Assembly: GCA_964452145.1 (NCBI GenBank) | Contig: CAYVLA010000039.1 | Coordinates: 1-27,240, forward strand | Origin: Candidatus Hadarchaeota archaeon | Lineage (GTDB): Archaea; CAYQAE01; CAYVLA01 | Direction: 5' to 3' | Length of the DNA: 27,240 nt | Shown here: positions 7,708 to 16,839 of the stretch, in pieces | Position numbering within the stretch: the first letter of the stretch is position 1 | Layout of the letters: the number at the start of each line of letters is the position of its first letter | Translations under genes and position numbers: made by a program | Notes under the pieces: generated by a model | Database searches by the model: none | The model's input: only the letters and a program-made list of their open reading frames with translations | What the model was told of the DNA's origin: nothing

Positions 7708-10641
7708 GTGCGAAGCTTTGCGGCACTTGCTCGCGGGCTGGGAGCGTTTGTTACCTTGATCGGTCTTCTCCCAGCTGATGTCGCCCTCTCCGTCGACAAC
7801 CGACAGGACACGATCTTCTACGTTTCGACGCAAGGCAACGACTCATGGTCGGGAACGCTGGCCTCACCAAATGCGCAGGGAACCGACGGACCGTTCGCCA
7901 CGGTGGCTAGGGCACAGAGAGCAGTACGCGAGGTGCGCTCCCGACAAGACGTTCCAGTTTCGGTGTTGATCCGGGGCGGATTGTATGTACTCGATGAACC
8001 TTTGGTGTTCGGGCACGATGATGCCGGTTCGGCGCAATCCCCCGTGACCTACGCTGCTTTCCCGGGCGAGCGCCCGGCACTCTCGGGCGGCAGCTCAATT
8101 CGAGGCTGGCAGAGGCGCGATGGTCCGATATGGACCGCCAAGGTTCCAAAGGCGGAGAACGATGAGTGGTATTTCCGCCAGCTATTCGTCAACGGAGAGC
8201 GACAGATCCGTGCACGCACTCCCAACGAGGGGTACCTCTACACCGAGGGCCCTCTTCAGCCCCTCCTCGATCGCGAAAGGGCGCAGCGGGACAGGGAGTC
8301 GAAGATCGGGTTCCGATACCAGGGAAACGATCTGCAGAAATGGGCTGACATTGGGGAAGCGAACATCTTCCTCTATCATTCTTGGACCTGTTCGCTGCAC
8401 TGGATCGATTCCCTGGATGAGGCGAACCACACGGTGCGCTTTGTCAACCAGTGTGGCTGGCCAGTCGGCTACTGGGATCTCCACCAGCGCTACCATGTGG
8501 AGAACTATCTAGAGGCCCTGGATTCTCCGGGGGAGTGGTACCTGGACCGTTCGACAGGAACCCTGCACTACTGGCCCCCCGATGGTCAGGATCCGAACCA
8601 GATGGAGATCATCGCCCCCCGTCTTCAGCACCTGCTGATCCTGCAGGGAGACCTCGACCGCGGCCTGACGGTGGATAGCCTCATCCTCAGAGGATTATCA
8701 TTTCAGCACGCCGACTGGGTGGTGGATGGTACCGGAGAGGTCGACGGACAGGCAGCAACCTTCCTGTCGGCGGCTGTCGTTGCCACGGGTGCTCGCAACT
8801 GCGTGCTGGAGGACTGCGAGATCGCCCACGTTGGCGAGTACGGGGTGATCTTGGGTGAAGGATGCAAGAACAACCACATCGTGCACTGCGAGATCCACGA
8901 CCTCGGCGCAGGTGGCGTTCGGCTGGGCCAGACCCACCTTCCAGGGGAAGCCGAAAGACAAGCCGAGAGCAACAGGGTGGACAACTGCTTCATCCATGAC
9001 GGGGGACACGTCTTCCGTGCGGGCATCGGCGTCTGGATCGGAAGAAGTAGCTACAACACGGTATCGCACAATGAGATCTGCGACTTCTTCTACTCAGGGT
9101 GCTCGGTCGGCTGGAGCTGGGGATACGCGGCAAGCACGGCCCACGACAACGTGCTGGAGTACAACCACATCCACAACATCGGCAAGGGGGTGCTCAGCGA
9201 CATGGGTGGCATCTACACCCTGGGCATCTCCCCGGGCACCGTTGAGAGGTTCAACATCATCCATGACATCCACTCCTACAGTTATGGCGGGTGGGGGCTT
9301 TATACCGATGAGGGCAGCACGAACATCACTCTGGAGAACAACATCGTATACAACACCAAGAGCGGCAGTTTCCACCAGCACTACGGCAGGGAGAACCTGC
9401 TACGCAACAACGTCTTGGGCCCCGCGCTGGAGGCCACCATCATACGGAGCCGGGAGGAGGAACACATCTCATTCACACTTCAGCACAACATCATAATCAC
9501 CAGCAACGGCCACGTGCTCGGCAGCACGTGGAGCAATGGCAATTACCGGATGGATCACAACCTTTACTGGGATACCAGTAACATACTGGGAGAGGATATG
9601 GACTTCGCGGGCCGCAATTTCCAGCGATGGCAGGCAACGGGGCACGACGAGCATTCCATAGTTGCAGATCCCATGTTCACCAACGCCGAGCAGCATGATT
9701 ATGCCTTGCAGAATGGGTCCCCGGCACTCAGCATCGGCTTCCAGCCCATTGATGTGCAGACCGTAGGTCTCTATGGCGAGCCGGAGTGGGTCGAGGCACC
9801 AGGCAAGATCGTGCGGACCCCGCTCCCCCAGTACCTGCCGCCCGACCTCGTTCATGCCGGCCCCGTGACCTACCCCGAAAATCTGTCCCAAGACGGGAGA
9901 TGGATCATCAAGTACGACCCAACCCGGGGAACCGGCACCATCCCCGTCAACACCCAGGAATGCACATTCGTGTGGACTGTTGACAGCGGCAGGGTACCAA
10001 ACAAACGACCACCGGGCAGTCAGGTGGTCGACGGGAGCTGCCAAAGCCCGATGAAGAAGGGCCTGGATGGCGTCTGGTACGTCCTGCTGTCCCGCCAGAC
10101 GGCGGATGCCCTGTGCTTCAGGTTCAGGGATGGCATGCTGGGGAGCAACTGGGATGACAACCAAGGCAGAAACTGGTGGATAACCTCGAGAGAGTATGTC
10201 AGTGAGGTTCTGTCAGAGCTTGGGAGAGTGATCGAGCAGGGATCCAACTTCGGAGCAGACATGTCGTCCTATGCAGCCTGTCTGTCCAGGGCAACGACCC
10301 ACTACCTCCAGGCCGGTTACGGTGATGCCATGAATGAGATTGGGGCAAACCTAGGGGCGGCGGGGCTGGCATACGCAGAGCAGCTGCTCCGCGTGACGAG
10401 CCGCGAGCTTGACTCGATCAGGGCAGAAGGAGTCGATCTCAGCCTAGACGACCGGCTGCTCTATCTGGCCGGGATCATGATAAGGGAGGGCGCCTACAGG
10501 TCGGCCGAGGCTTACTGCCTGACGGTGCTGGTGGACGTTTCGAATCGGAGGGCAGGGATCTCGGAGGCAATTGGCCTTCTTGGGTTCTTCACCGCCGCTC
10601 TCCGATTGTTCCATATGAACGGACTAGCGAAAGGGAACTGA
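7708..10641 (+). CDS. Secreted right-handed parallel beta-helix glycan-active enzyme (GH141-like) with CBM-like module, helical stalk and C-terminal anchor
   Basis: Signal-like N-terminus; FYVSTQGNDSWSG...DGPFATVARA; QLFVNGERQIRARTPN; ENYLEALDSPGEWYLD; PbH1-like repeats (HDLGAGG, YNHIHNIG, LSDMGGIYTLG, GLYTDEGS); Pro-rich linker; WDDNQGRNW. GTG 7708 follows GGAGGA (track start 7678). Confidence 0.88.
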   Translation: MRSFAALARGLGAFVTLIGLLPADVALSVDNRQDTIFYVSTQGNDSWSGTLASPNAQGTDGPFATVARAQRAVREVRSRQDVPVSVLIRGGLYVLDEPLVFGHDDAGSAQSPVTYAAFPGERPALSGGSSIRGWQRRDGPIWTAKVPKAENDEWYFRQLFVNGERQIRARTPNEGYLYTEGPLQPLLDRERAQRDRESKIGFRYQGNDLQKWADIGEANIFLYHSWTCSLHWIDSLDEANHTVRFVNQCGWPVGYWDLHQRYHVENYLEALDSPGEWYLDRSTGTLHYWPPDGQDPNQMEIIAPRLQHLLILQGDLDRGLTVDSLILRGLSFQHADWVVDGTGEVDGQAATFLSAAVVATGARNCVLEDCEIAHVGEYGVILGEGCKNNHIVHCEIHDLGAGGVRLGQTHLPGEAERQAESNRVDNCFIHDGGHVFRAGIGVWIGRSSYNTVSHNEICDFFYSGCSVGWSWGYAASTAHDNVLEYNHIHNIGKGVLSDMGGIYTLGISPGTVERFNIIHDIHSYSYGGWGLYTDEGSTNITLENNIVYNTKSGSFHQHYGRENLLRNNVLGPALEATIIRSREEEHISFTLQHNIIITSNGHVLGSTWSNGNYRMDHNLYWDTSNILGEDMDFAGRNFQRWQATGHDEHSIVADPMFTNAEQHDYALQNGSPALSIGFQPIDVQTVGLYGEPEWVEAPGKIVRTPLPQYLPPDLVHAGPVTYPENLSQDGRWIIKYDPTRGTGTIPVNTQECTFVWTVDSGRVPNKRPPGSQVVDGSCQSPMKKGLDGVWYVLLSRQTADALCFRFRDGMLGSNWDDNQGRNWWITSREYVSEVLSELGRVIEQGSNFGADMSSYAACLSRATTHYLQAGYGDAMNEIGANLGAAGLAYAEQLLRVTSRELDSIRAEGVDLSLDDRLLYLAGIMIREGAYRSAEAYCLTVLVDVSNRRAGISEAIGLLGFFTAALRLFHMNGLAKGN

Positions 10642-10717
10642 CCACCCCTGGTCTCGTAGGCCGCGACGTGGTTAGGATAGGGCTTCCGCAACTACGTGCT
10701 GCGTACTGCGGACCAAA

Positions 10718-10727
10718 CAGTTAACAG
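10718..10727 (+). promoter_or_regulatory. TATA-box-like element for the 10761 gene
   Basis: AAA-CAGTTAACAG ~35-45 nt before an ATG with no RBS. Confidence 0.4.
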
Positions 10728-10760
10728 GCCCCCAGTTGGCCTCGGCCACGGTCGGTTTCC

Positions 10761-12260
10761 ATGGAATTCCTCTTCGACGATGAATGGATAGAGCGCAAAG
10801 CGGGAGTGAGACGAGTCCCTGGCACGCTAGTCAAAGAATCAGAGCCCATTCTCAGACCCGAGATGGCCTGGGAGGCGGAAGGCATTGGGGGAACCTCGGT
10901 GATCTTCGACAGGGATGAAGAGGTATTCAAGCTCTGGTATCGTTCATCCGCATTGGAGGAGGCCCCACGCAAAGTCGACGGGAATGTCGAATCCTCCGAG
11001 AGGGGAACTGGGAGATGCCGCGTCTTCCTCTGCTACGCGGAGAGCAAGGACGGGATCAATTGGACGCGACCATCTCTGGGGATGTGCGAATTCCGGGGAA
11101 GCTGTGAGAACAACATAGTCCGAGAGCTGTGTTTTGAGGGCGATGCCACTTTCTTCAACATACTCAAGGACCCGGAGGACCCAGATCCGACCAGAAGGTA
11201 CAAGGCGCTCGGATTCGATGCCTCGGTTACATCGTCCATCCGCGATGTCAAGCCTGGCACTAGAGGCGTGTGCGTGAGTTACTCGCCGGACGGATTCCAC
11301 TGGGAAGATCCCAAGCTCGTAATGGACACCATGGACGTAACGGACGCCGACTGTGTCCTATCCCAGCGGGAGCCAACCACGCACAAGTGGATTGGCTACT
11401 TCCGTCCCCGAACACACCCCAAGAGACGTTTCGTAGGCTACTCGGAGAGCACGGATTTCGACCACTGGACCTATCCGAGCATGCTCCTCACGCCTGACGA
11501 TCAGGATGATGAATGGACCGAGTTCTACGGGCTCACAGTGGCGTGTGTGGGACGGTGGCGCATCGGGTGTCTGTGGGTGATGCACAACAACCCTGATTAC
11601 TCGCCCATGACGACAGAGCTTGTGTATTCCCGAGATGGCCGGAGCTATCATCGCGCGATGCCGCGGGTGCAGTTCCTCCAGCTGGGACCTGATGGTTCAG
11701 CTGACAGCCTCATGGTCACCCCTATTGCCCTTATCGAGAGTGACAAGGAATTCCTGCTCTACTACCATGGCACAAATCAGGAGCACGGATCCGATCGCTT
11801 CAGGAACGGGATCGGTGGCAGGGAGATGCCCAGAGGCAGAGTTGAAGCGAAAGCGCGTAAAGCAGTACTGGGCCTGGCGCGCATTCCGGGCAGGAATTTC
11901 TGCGGGCTTCGCGCCGAGATAGACGGGATTGTCGAGACGAAATGGCTATGCAACTACGGTGCAGGAGGTGTGCAGGCATATGCCGAGTTCGAAGGACACG
12001 GATGGATCAAGGCGGAGATTCTTGACCAGTACGGCAACCTGATCCCGGGCTGGGACCGAGATGCATGTCTTGTTCGCGAGGGCGTTGACGGACGACTCCA
12101 CTTCAGCTGGGGGATTGAGGATCTGGTGGGAGCGTTCGGACAGATCAGCGACAAGCAGGGCAAGATCGGACATGTCGTCAAGCTGCGCTTCCACCTACAC
12201 AAGGCCACGCTCTACGGGTTCCAGGTCGGGGAGGACGGGGCCATGCCGGCCTACACGTAG
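10761..12260 (+). CDS. Putative five-bladed beta-propeller glycoside hydrolase (GH32/43/130-like superfamily), uncharacterised
   Basis: FLFDDEWIE, FKLWY, LCYAESKDGINWTRPSLG, NNIV, KDPEDPDPTRRYKA, YSPDGFHW, ESTDFDHW, YSRDG (repeated SxDGxxW blades). C-terminal beta-sandwich with AEILDQYGNLIPGW. Confidence 0.75.
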   Translation: MEFLFDDEWIERKAGVRRVPGTLVKESEPILRPEMAWEAEGIGGTSVIFDRDEEVFKLWYRSSALEEAPRKVDGNVESSERGTGRCRVFLCYAESKDGINWTRPSLGMCEFRGSCENNIVRELCFEGDATFFNILKDPEDPDPTRRYKALGFDASVTSSIRDVKPGTRGVCVSYSPDGFHWEDPKLVMDTMDVTDADCVLSQREPTTHKWIGYFRPRTHPKRRFVGYSESTDFDHWTYPSMLLTPDDQDDEWTEFYGLTVACVGRWRIGCLWVMHNNPDYSPMTTELVYSRDGRSYHRAMPRVQFLQLGPDGSADSLMVTPIALIESDKEFLLYYHGTNQEHGSDRFRNGIGGREMPRGRVEAKARKAVLGLARIPGRNFCGLRAEIDGIVETKWLCNYGAGGVQAYAEFEGHGWIKAEILDQYGNLIPGWDRDACLVREGVDGRLHFSWGIEDLVGAFGQISDKQGKIGHVVKLRFHLHKATLYGFQVGEDGAMPAYT

Positions 12261-12412
12261 TTACAGACGATGCCTATGCGGGAGCCCTAGATGCCCTTCG
12301 TCGTATCCTTCGCCAAGAAGGACAGGATGCATCTCTACCTAGGCATGGAAGCCCTGACAGAGGCTGGCAGCCAATGCATCCGAGGACGATCCGGATATGA
12401 CCGAGGACTCTA

Positions 12413-13909
12413 TCAGCACAGACCCTTGCCACTGACTTCCCGGCCAATTCGAATTGTCTCCCGAACCAAGGCCTCGAAGTCGTCTCTGCGACTGCGGTGA
12501 TTGGTGATCGCCACGCGTAGGCAATACCTGCCCGATATCGTGGCGTAGGAAGGGACCGCGGTGCCCTCCTCAGATAGACGATGGAATATCTGCCGGTTGA
12601 CGGCGTCAAGATCGATCTGGCCCGAGCCGTCGTTGAACCGGAAACAGACGATGTTCAGTGGGACCGGTGCTAGGCGCTCAAGCTCCTCTGCCTGGTCCAC
12701 AAGCCGGGCCAGGTAGCGAGCCTGCTCGACGTTCTGCCTAATGAGTCTGCCGTACTTCTGGATCCCGTGCTCCCGGATGGACATCCAGGCCTTCAGGGCC
12801 CTGAACCCCCGGGTGAGCTCGGGGCCGTACTCATGGAACCAGGGAGCGCCTCCCGCGACGCCGCTTTCCTCGTGGGCAAGGTAGCCCTCCACGACGGAGA
12901 ATGCCTGTCGGTGATAAGCATGGTTCCTGACGAGCACGCATCCGATCTCGATCGGCATGTACATCCATTTATGGAAGTCGAAGGCCAGCGAATCGGCCCT
13001 TTCCATGCCCGAAAGCAGGGGGCGCAGGTCGGGACATAGGGCAGCCAGAGCCCCGAACGCTCCATCCACATGGAACCAGAGACCCTCCTCCCTGCAGAGG
13101 TTGGCCAAGCCGTCAAGGTCGTCGATGGCCCCGGTGTTAATGGTTCCCGCGTTCCCGACGACACATCCAGGCTGGTGACCACTTTCTCGGTCCATTGAGA
13201 TGGCTCTGCGAAGGGAGTCGATGTCGATCCGGAAGTCATCGTCGACTGGAATCCTCCGGAGACAGTTCGAGCCCAGCCCCAGCACCTCGATCGCCTTACG
13301 GATCGATGAGTGAGCCTCCACGGATGAATAGAACATGATCGGCGTCGCCCTGCCCTGCAGGCCCTCCTTTCTCACATCGGAATCCGCCACCGCATTGCGA
13401 GCGACGGTTAACGCAACCAAGTTGGCCATGGAGCAACCGCTGACAAGGATGCCGCTCGCCGTTTCGGGGTATCCAAGCATCTCCTTGCACCACTGGAGGA
13501 CCTGTCTCTCAACGTAATTGGCCACGTGCTCTCCCCCGCCAAGATTGGGATTCATGCCGGCCCCGAGCATCTCGGCGAGCATGCCAAGCGGGGTCCCGGT
13601 TCCGATCACCCATCCCCAGAATCGCGGGTGGATGTTCCCCAGGGGATAGGGAAGGATGTAGTCGAGGAAATCCTGGTAGATCTTCTCGGCGGCTTCCGGT
13701 TCGCGGGGAAGCGGCTGACGCAGCATCTCTTTGGCTCTCTCCGGCACCGGCCTCCACACCGGCCTCTCACGAACCGACTTCAGGTACTCCATCATGTCGT
13801 CGACCATGCGATGTCCTAGTTTCCGCATGGCCGCCCAATCGGCCGGGTCAAGTGACTCCTCAGATCCCGAACGGGATGTGTCATCGGCATAAGTCGTCGT
13901 GACGGACAA
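12413..13909 (-). CDS. Group II PLP-dependent decarboxylase (aromatic-L-amino-acid decarboxylase-like)
   Basis: LDPADW...GHRMVD, HPRFWGW, AHSSIRKA, GTINTGAIDDL, HVDGAFG, DSLAFDFHKW (PLP lysine), ELTRGFRALK. Start uncertain: TTG 13909 chosen; track start 14038. Confidence 0.9.
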   Translation of the reverse strand: MSVTTTYADDTSRSGSEESLDPADWAAMRKLGHRMVDDMMEYLKSVRERPVWRPVPERAKEMLRQPLPREPEAAEKIYQDFLDYILPYPLGNIHPRFWGWVIGTGTPLGMLAEMLGAGMNPNLGGGEHVANYVERQVLQWCKEMLGYPETASGILVSGCSMANLVALTVARNAVADSDVRKEGLQGRATPIMFYSSVEAHSSIRKAIEVLGLGSNCLRRIPVDDDFRIDIDSLRRAISMDRESGHQPGCVVGNAGTINTGAIDDLDGLANLCREEGLWFHVDGAFGALAALCPDLRPLLSGMERADSLAFDFHKWMYMPIEIGCVLVRNHAYHRQAFSVVEGYLAHEESGVAGGAPWFHEYGPELTRGFRALKAWMSIREHGIQKYGRLIRQNVEQARYLARLVDQAEELERLAPVPLNIVCFRFNDGSGQIDLDAVNRQIFHRLSEEGTAVPSYATISGRYCLRVAITNHRSRRDDFEALVRETIRIGREVSGKGLC

Positions 13910-14144
13910 CCTCCAACAAAGGGCATGATACGCGCGGGCCAAAATATCTATCCAACCCGGATCCGTCATCGGGAGGCTGGATGCTTCGATCCTCGATGCC
14001 GCCCCCGCTGTTGCTGTCAGCCTGGGACGCGCCAGCAAGTCGGCTCTGCGGCATCAAAGCCTTTCGGCCTACATTGCCCAGCGCCTGAAGGGCACATTTA
14101 TCTCGATGCCCGGACCGGAACAAGCGTATCGGGGGCTCTCTGGA

Positions 14145-14315
14145 GTGGGTCTGGGAGATGTAATATTCACCGCCCTTGCAGTCTTCGGGGCACTGTTCGC
14201 TACGACCGTCTTCTGTGCCCTGCTGTACTGGTTGGGCTTGCAGGTGTGGGAACTTTTTCAGTTGCACCGGAGGCGTGCAAGCCAGGGAACTGCCCGCCGA
14301 TCCGGGATCGGATGA
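14145..14315 (+). CDS. Small single-pass membrane protein (~56-69 aa)
   Basis: VIFTALAVFGALFATTVFCALLYWLGLQVW hydrophobic stretch followed by HRRR. CACATTTATCTC box at 14093-14104. Start is GTG 14145 or ATG 14106. Confidence 0.55.
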   Translation: MGLGDVIFTALAVFGALFATTVFCALLYWLGLQVWELFQLHRRRASQGTARRSGIG

Positions 14316-14398
14316 GGCCCCGACCACCCCCGGAAAAGGATACACACCCAGATCCGGGCCGAGGCGGGGTGACGACGTCGATGTTGTTATGATGCCGA

Positions 14399-14411
14399 GA
14401 AGCTTAATAAG
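14399..14411 (+). promoter_or_regulatory. BRE/TATA-like element for the 14436 gene
   Basis: GAAGCTTAATAAG 25-37 nt before the ATG, purine-rich on the 5' side. Confidence 0.6.
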
Positions 14412-14435
14412 CCCGCCGTTCAGGCACGGGGAACG

Positions 14436-15695
14436 ATGGACATTATTATCTCAACCCAGGATCGCGCAATCCTGCGTGATCTTGCCGAGCGCGTGGCCGA
14501 GATTGCGGCCCTCCCGATCCAGGCAGAGCGCCGAGAGCTGTGGAAGAAACACAACAGCCTCCAGCCAACTCGGCCAATGATACTGATCTTCCCGGAGGGA
14601 TCGTGGCAAGAGCTGCTCCCAGATGCATCTCTACGCTGCGAGGGAAAGGAGGCCCGGCGAATCGAGTGGGATCTCCGTCACCGCATCTACAAGCACGAGC
14701 ACTTCCAGGATGACACGGTAATCGAAGGGGAATGGATCGTTAACAAAGTGATCCACAACTCCGGTTGGGGCTGTGAGAGCAAGATCATCCCCAGCACCGA
14801 GGCACGGGGCGCGTGGAGATACGACTCGGTGATCAAGGATCGGTCCGATCTGGAGAAGCTTCACTACCCAGAGATCACATACGACGGAGAGGCAACCGAA
14901 CGCAAACTGGCGCAGGCCCAGGATCTATTCGACGGCATCCTCGAAGTGAAACTGAAAGGCGTCTCTCACATCTCATACCACCTAATGAGCCAGTACATCA
15001 GCTGGCGGGGACTGAAGGCCATGATGATGGACATGTATCGCCATCCGCAGATGTTACACGATGCCATGGCGCTTCTGGAGGAGGGCCACCGCCGCGTCCT
15101 GCAACAGTACATGGACCTCAATCTGCTTTCGCTCAACAATGACGGGACCTATCACAGCTCCGGGGGCAACGGATACACCGATGAACTGCCGAAATCCGGC
15201 TTTGACCCGGATCGCGTCCGCCCGTGCGACATGTGGGCCAGCGCCGAGGCCCAGGAGATGGCACAGGTCGGTCCCCGCCAGCACGCGGAGTTCGTGATGC
15301 AGTACGAGAAACGGCTGTTGGCACCATTCGGGCTTAACGGCTACGGTTGCTGTGAGGACCTCACGCGCAAGTTGGATGATGTCTTCACAATTCCCAACAT
15401 CCGCCGAATCTCCATCTCGCCTTTCGCAGACGTCGACAAGTGCGCCGAGAAGCTCGAGGGCAACTACATCTACTCATGGAAGCCGCAGCCGAACCATCTC
15501 GTCGGACGGTTCGATGAAGCCATGATCCGAGCCTACATCCGGCACGCGATCAAGGCAGCCCAACGACACGGTTGCGTCCTTGAGATCATTCTCAAAGATA
15601 CCCACACGTGTGAACACCGCCCCGAACGATTCGACCAATGGAGCATGATTGTTAGAGAGGAAGTGAATGAGGCAAGCACCAAGGCCGCTTGGTGA
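14436..15695 (+). CDS. URO-D/methyltransferase-superfamily-like TIM-barrel protein, function unknown
   Basis: 419 aa. DRAILRDLA...W..HN.L...RP, WRGL..MMMD...P, AQEMAQVGP..H.EF, YGCCEDL, RRISISP, YSWKPQP, EIILKDTHT. Confidence 0.75.
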   Translation: MDIIISTQDRAILRDLAERVAEIAALPIQAERRELWKKHNSLQPTRPMILIFPEGSWQELLPDASLRCEGKEARRIEWDLRHRIYKHEHFQDDTVIEGEWIVNKVIHNSGWGCESKIIPSTEARGAWRYDSVIKDRSDLEKLHYPEITYDGEATERKLAQAQDLFDGILEVKLKGVSHISYHLMSQYISWRGLKAMMMDMYRHPQMLHDAMALLEEGHRRVLQQYMDLNLLSLNNDGTYHSSGGNGYTDELPKSGFDPDRVRPCDMWASAEAQEMAQVGPRQHAEFVMQYEKRLLAPFGLNGYGCCEDLTRKLDDVFTIPNIRRISISPFADVDKCAEKLEGNYIYSWKPQPNHLVGRFDEAMIRAYIRHAIKAAQRHGCVLEIILKDTHTCEHRPERFDQWSMIVREEVNEASTKAAW

Positions 15696-15888
15696 TTCTT
15701 GTGAGCGGTGCACTGACCCGAGTGGATGTTGAGCCCTAGACGACTTCCGATAATGGTGGACCATGATCGCGCTTCGCAGTGAGAACCCTGGCTCAGACCA
15801 TGCCCGCCTCTCAAGGAGACCCACCACCGAGTCGCATCTGCCAGACGCATGCATTTTTCTTGGGCTTCTGCCGGATTCGTTCGATCCC

Positions 15889-16839
15889 ATGAGAGCGGCC
15901 AGGATGGTTGCCCCCAGAAGGCTGGAGATAGTTGACATACCCGAGCCCGTCAGGGCGCCGGGCCAGATGCTGGTGAGGCTGACGCGAGTCACGATCTGTG
16001 GGAGCGACCTCCACGAGTTCCGTGGCCGAACCGCCCGCAGATACCCCTGGGCACCAGGCAACCCTGCCCATGAGTGTCTTGGCAGGATCGTGGAGGCCGA
16101 GCCCGCCCATCCCTTCCGTGAGGGAGAGGCGGTCCTCGTACGACCGCAGGGGGGCGGCCTGAGGGAGCTAGGGGTGACGACTCTCAAAGACGTGTACTCG
16201 ATCGAAGGCACAGGGTTAACGCCCGACGTTGCCGTCATGGCCCAGTTGCTCGCACCGGCCCTTCACGCATGCAGCCGACTCCGAGATGTCCGGGACAAAG
16301 CGGTATTCATCATCGGGCAGGGACCGGCAGGTCTCACGCTTACGAACCTGATCCGAGGCATGAAGCCCAAGATGTTGGCGACCACGGACCTAGTTCCGGA
16401 GCGTCTGGAGCAGTCCATGGCCTGGGGTGCCGACGAAGCGATAATGGGCGGGGAGGATCTTCCGAAGAAGGCGCAGGAGATCAGCGGAAACAGGATGTTC
16501 GATATCGTCGTGGAAGCGGTCGGGGATCAGGAGACCGTCAACCTTGCACCCATGCTGGCGCGTGACGACGGCATGGTCCTGTTGTTCGGTATCCCCGATT
16601 TCGGGACGACTCTGACTCCCCGATCCTTTTTCGGGAAACAGCTCCACATAACTACCACCGAGTATCCTGAGCGTCCCGACTTTCTCCGGGCTCTGAGAAT
16701 GATGAGCGACGGCTCCATCGATATGGAGCGGATGATTACACACCGGCTTCCTTTCTCCGAGGTGCAGAGAGGATACGAGCTGGCGGACACGCGAGCGGAA
16801 GGAGTCCTCAGGGTTGTGTTGAATATGGAGTGTGGCTAG
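15889..16839 (+). CDS. Zinc-binding medium-chain dehydrogenase (MDR; sugar-alcohol/threonine DH-like)
   Basis: MRAARMVAPRRLEIVDIPEP, ICGSDLH, PAHECLG, IIGQGPAG, DIVVEAVG, MITHRLPF. No four-Cys structural-Zn lobe. Start moved to 15889; CATTTTTCTT lies ~30 nt upstream. Confidence 0.9.
   Translation: MRAARMVAPRRLEIVDIPEPVRAPGQMLVRLTRVTICGSDLHEFRGRTARRYPWAPGNPAHECLGRIVEAEPAHPFREGEAVLVRPQGGGLRELGVTTLKDVYSIEGTGLTPDVAVMAQLLAPALHACSRLRDVRDKAVFIIGQGPAGLTLTNLIRGMKPKMLATTDLVPERLEQSMAWGADEAIMGGEDLPKKAQEISGNRMFDIVVEAVGDQETVNLAPMLARDDGMVLLFGIPDFGTTLTPRSFFGKQLHITTTEYPERPDFLRALRMMSDGSIDMERMITHRLPFSEVQRGYELADTRAEGVLRVVLNMECG

Noticed and set aside
12291..12500. 69-aa ORF after the first propeller gene
   Set aside because: Overlaps the 3' end of the decarboxylase on the opposite strand; no recognisable motif or convincing promoter.
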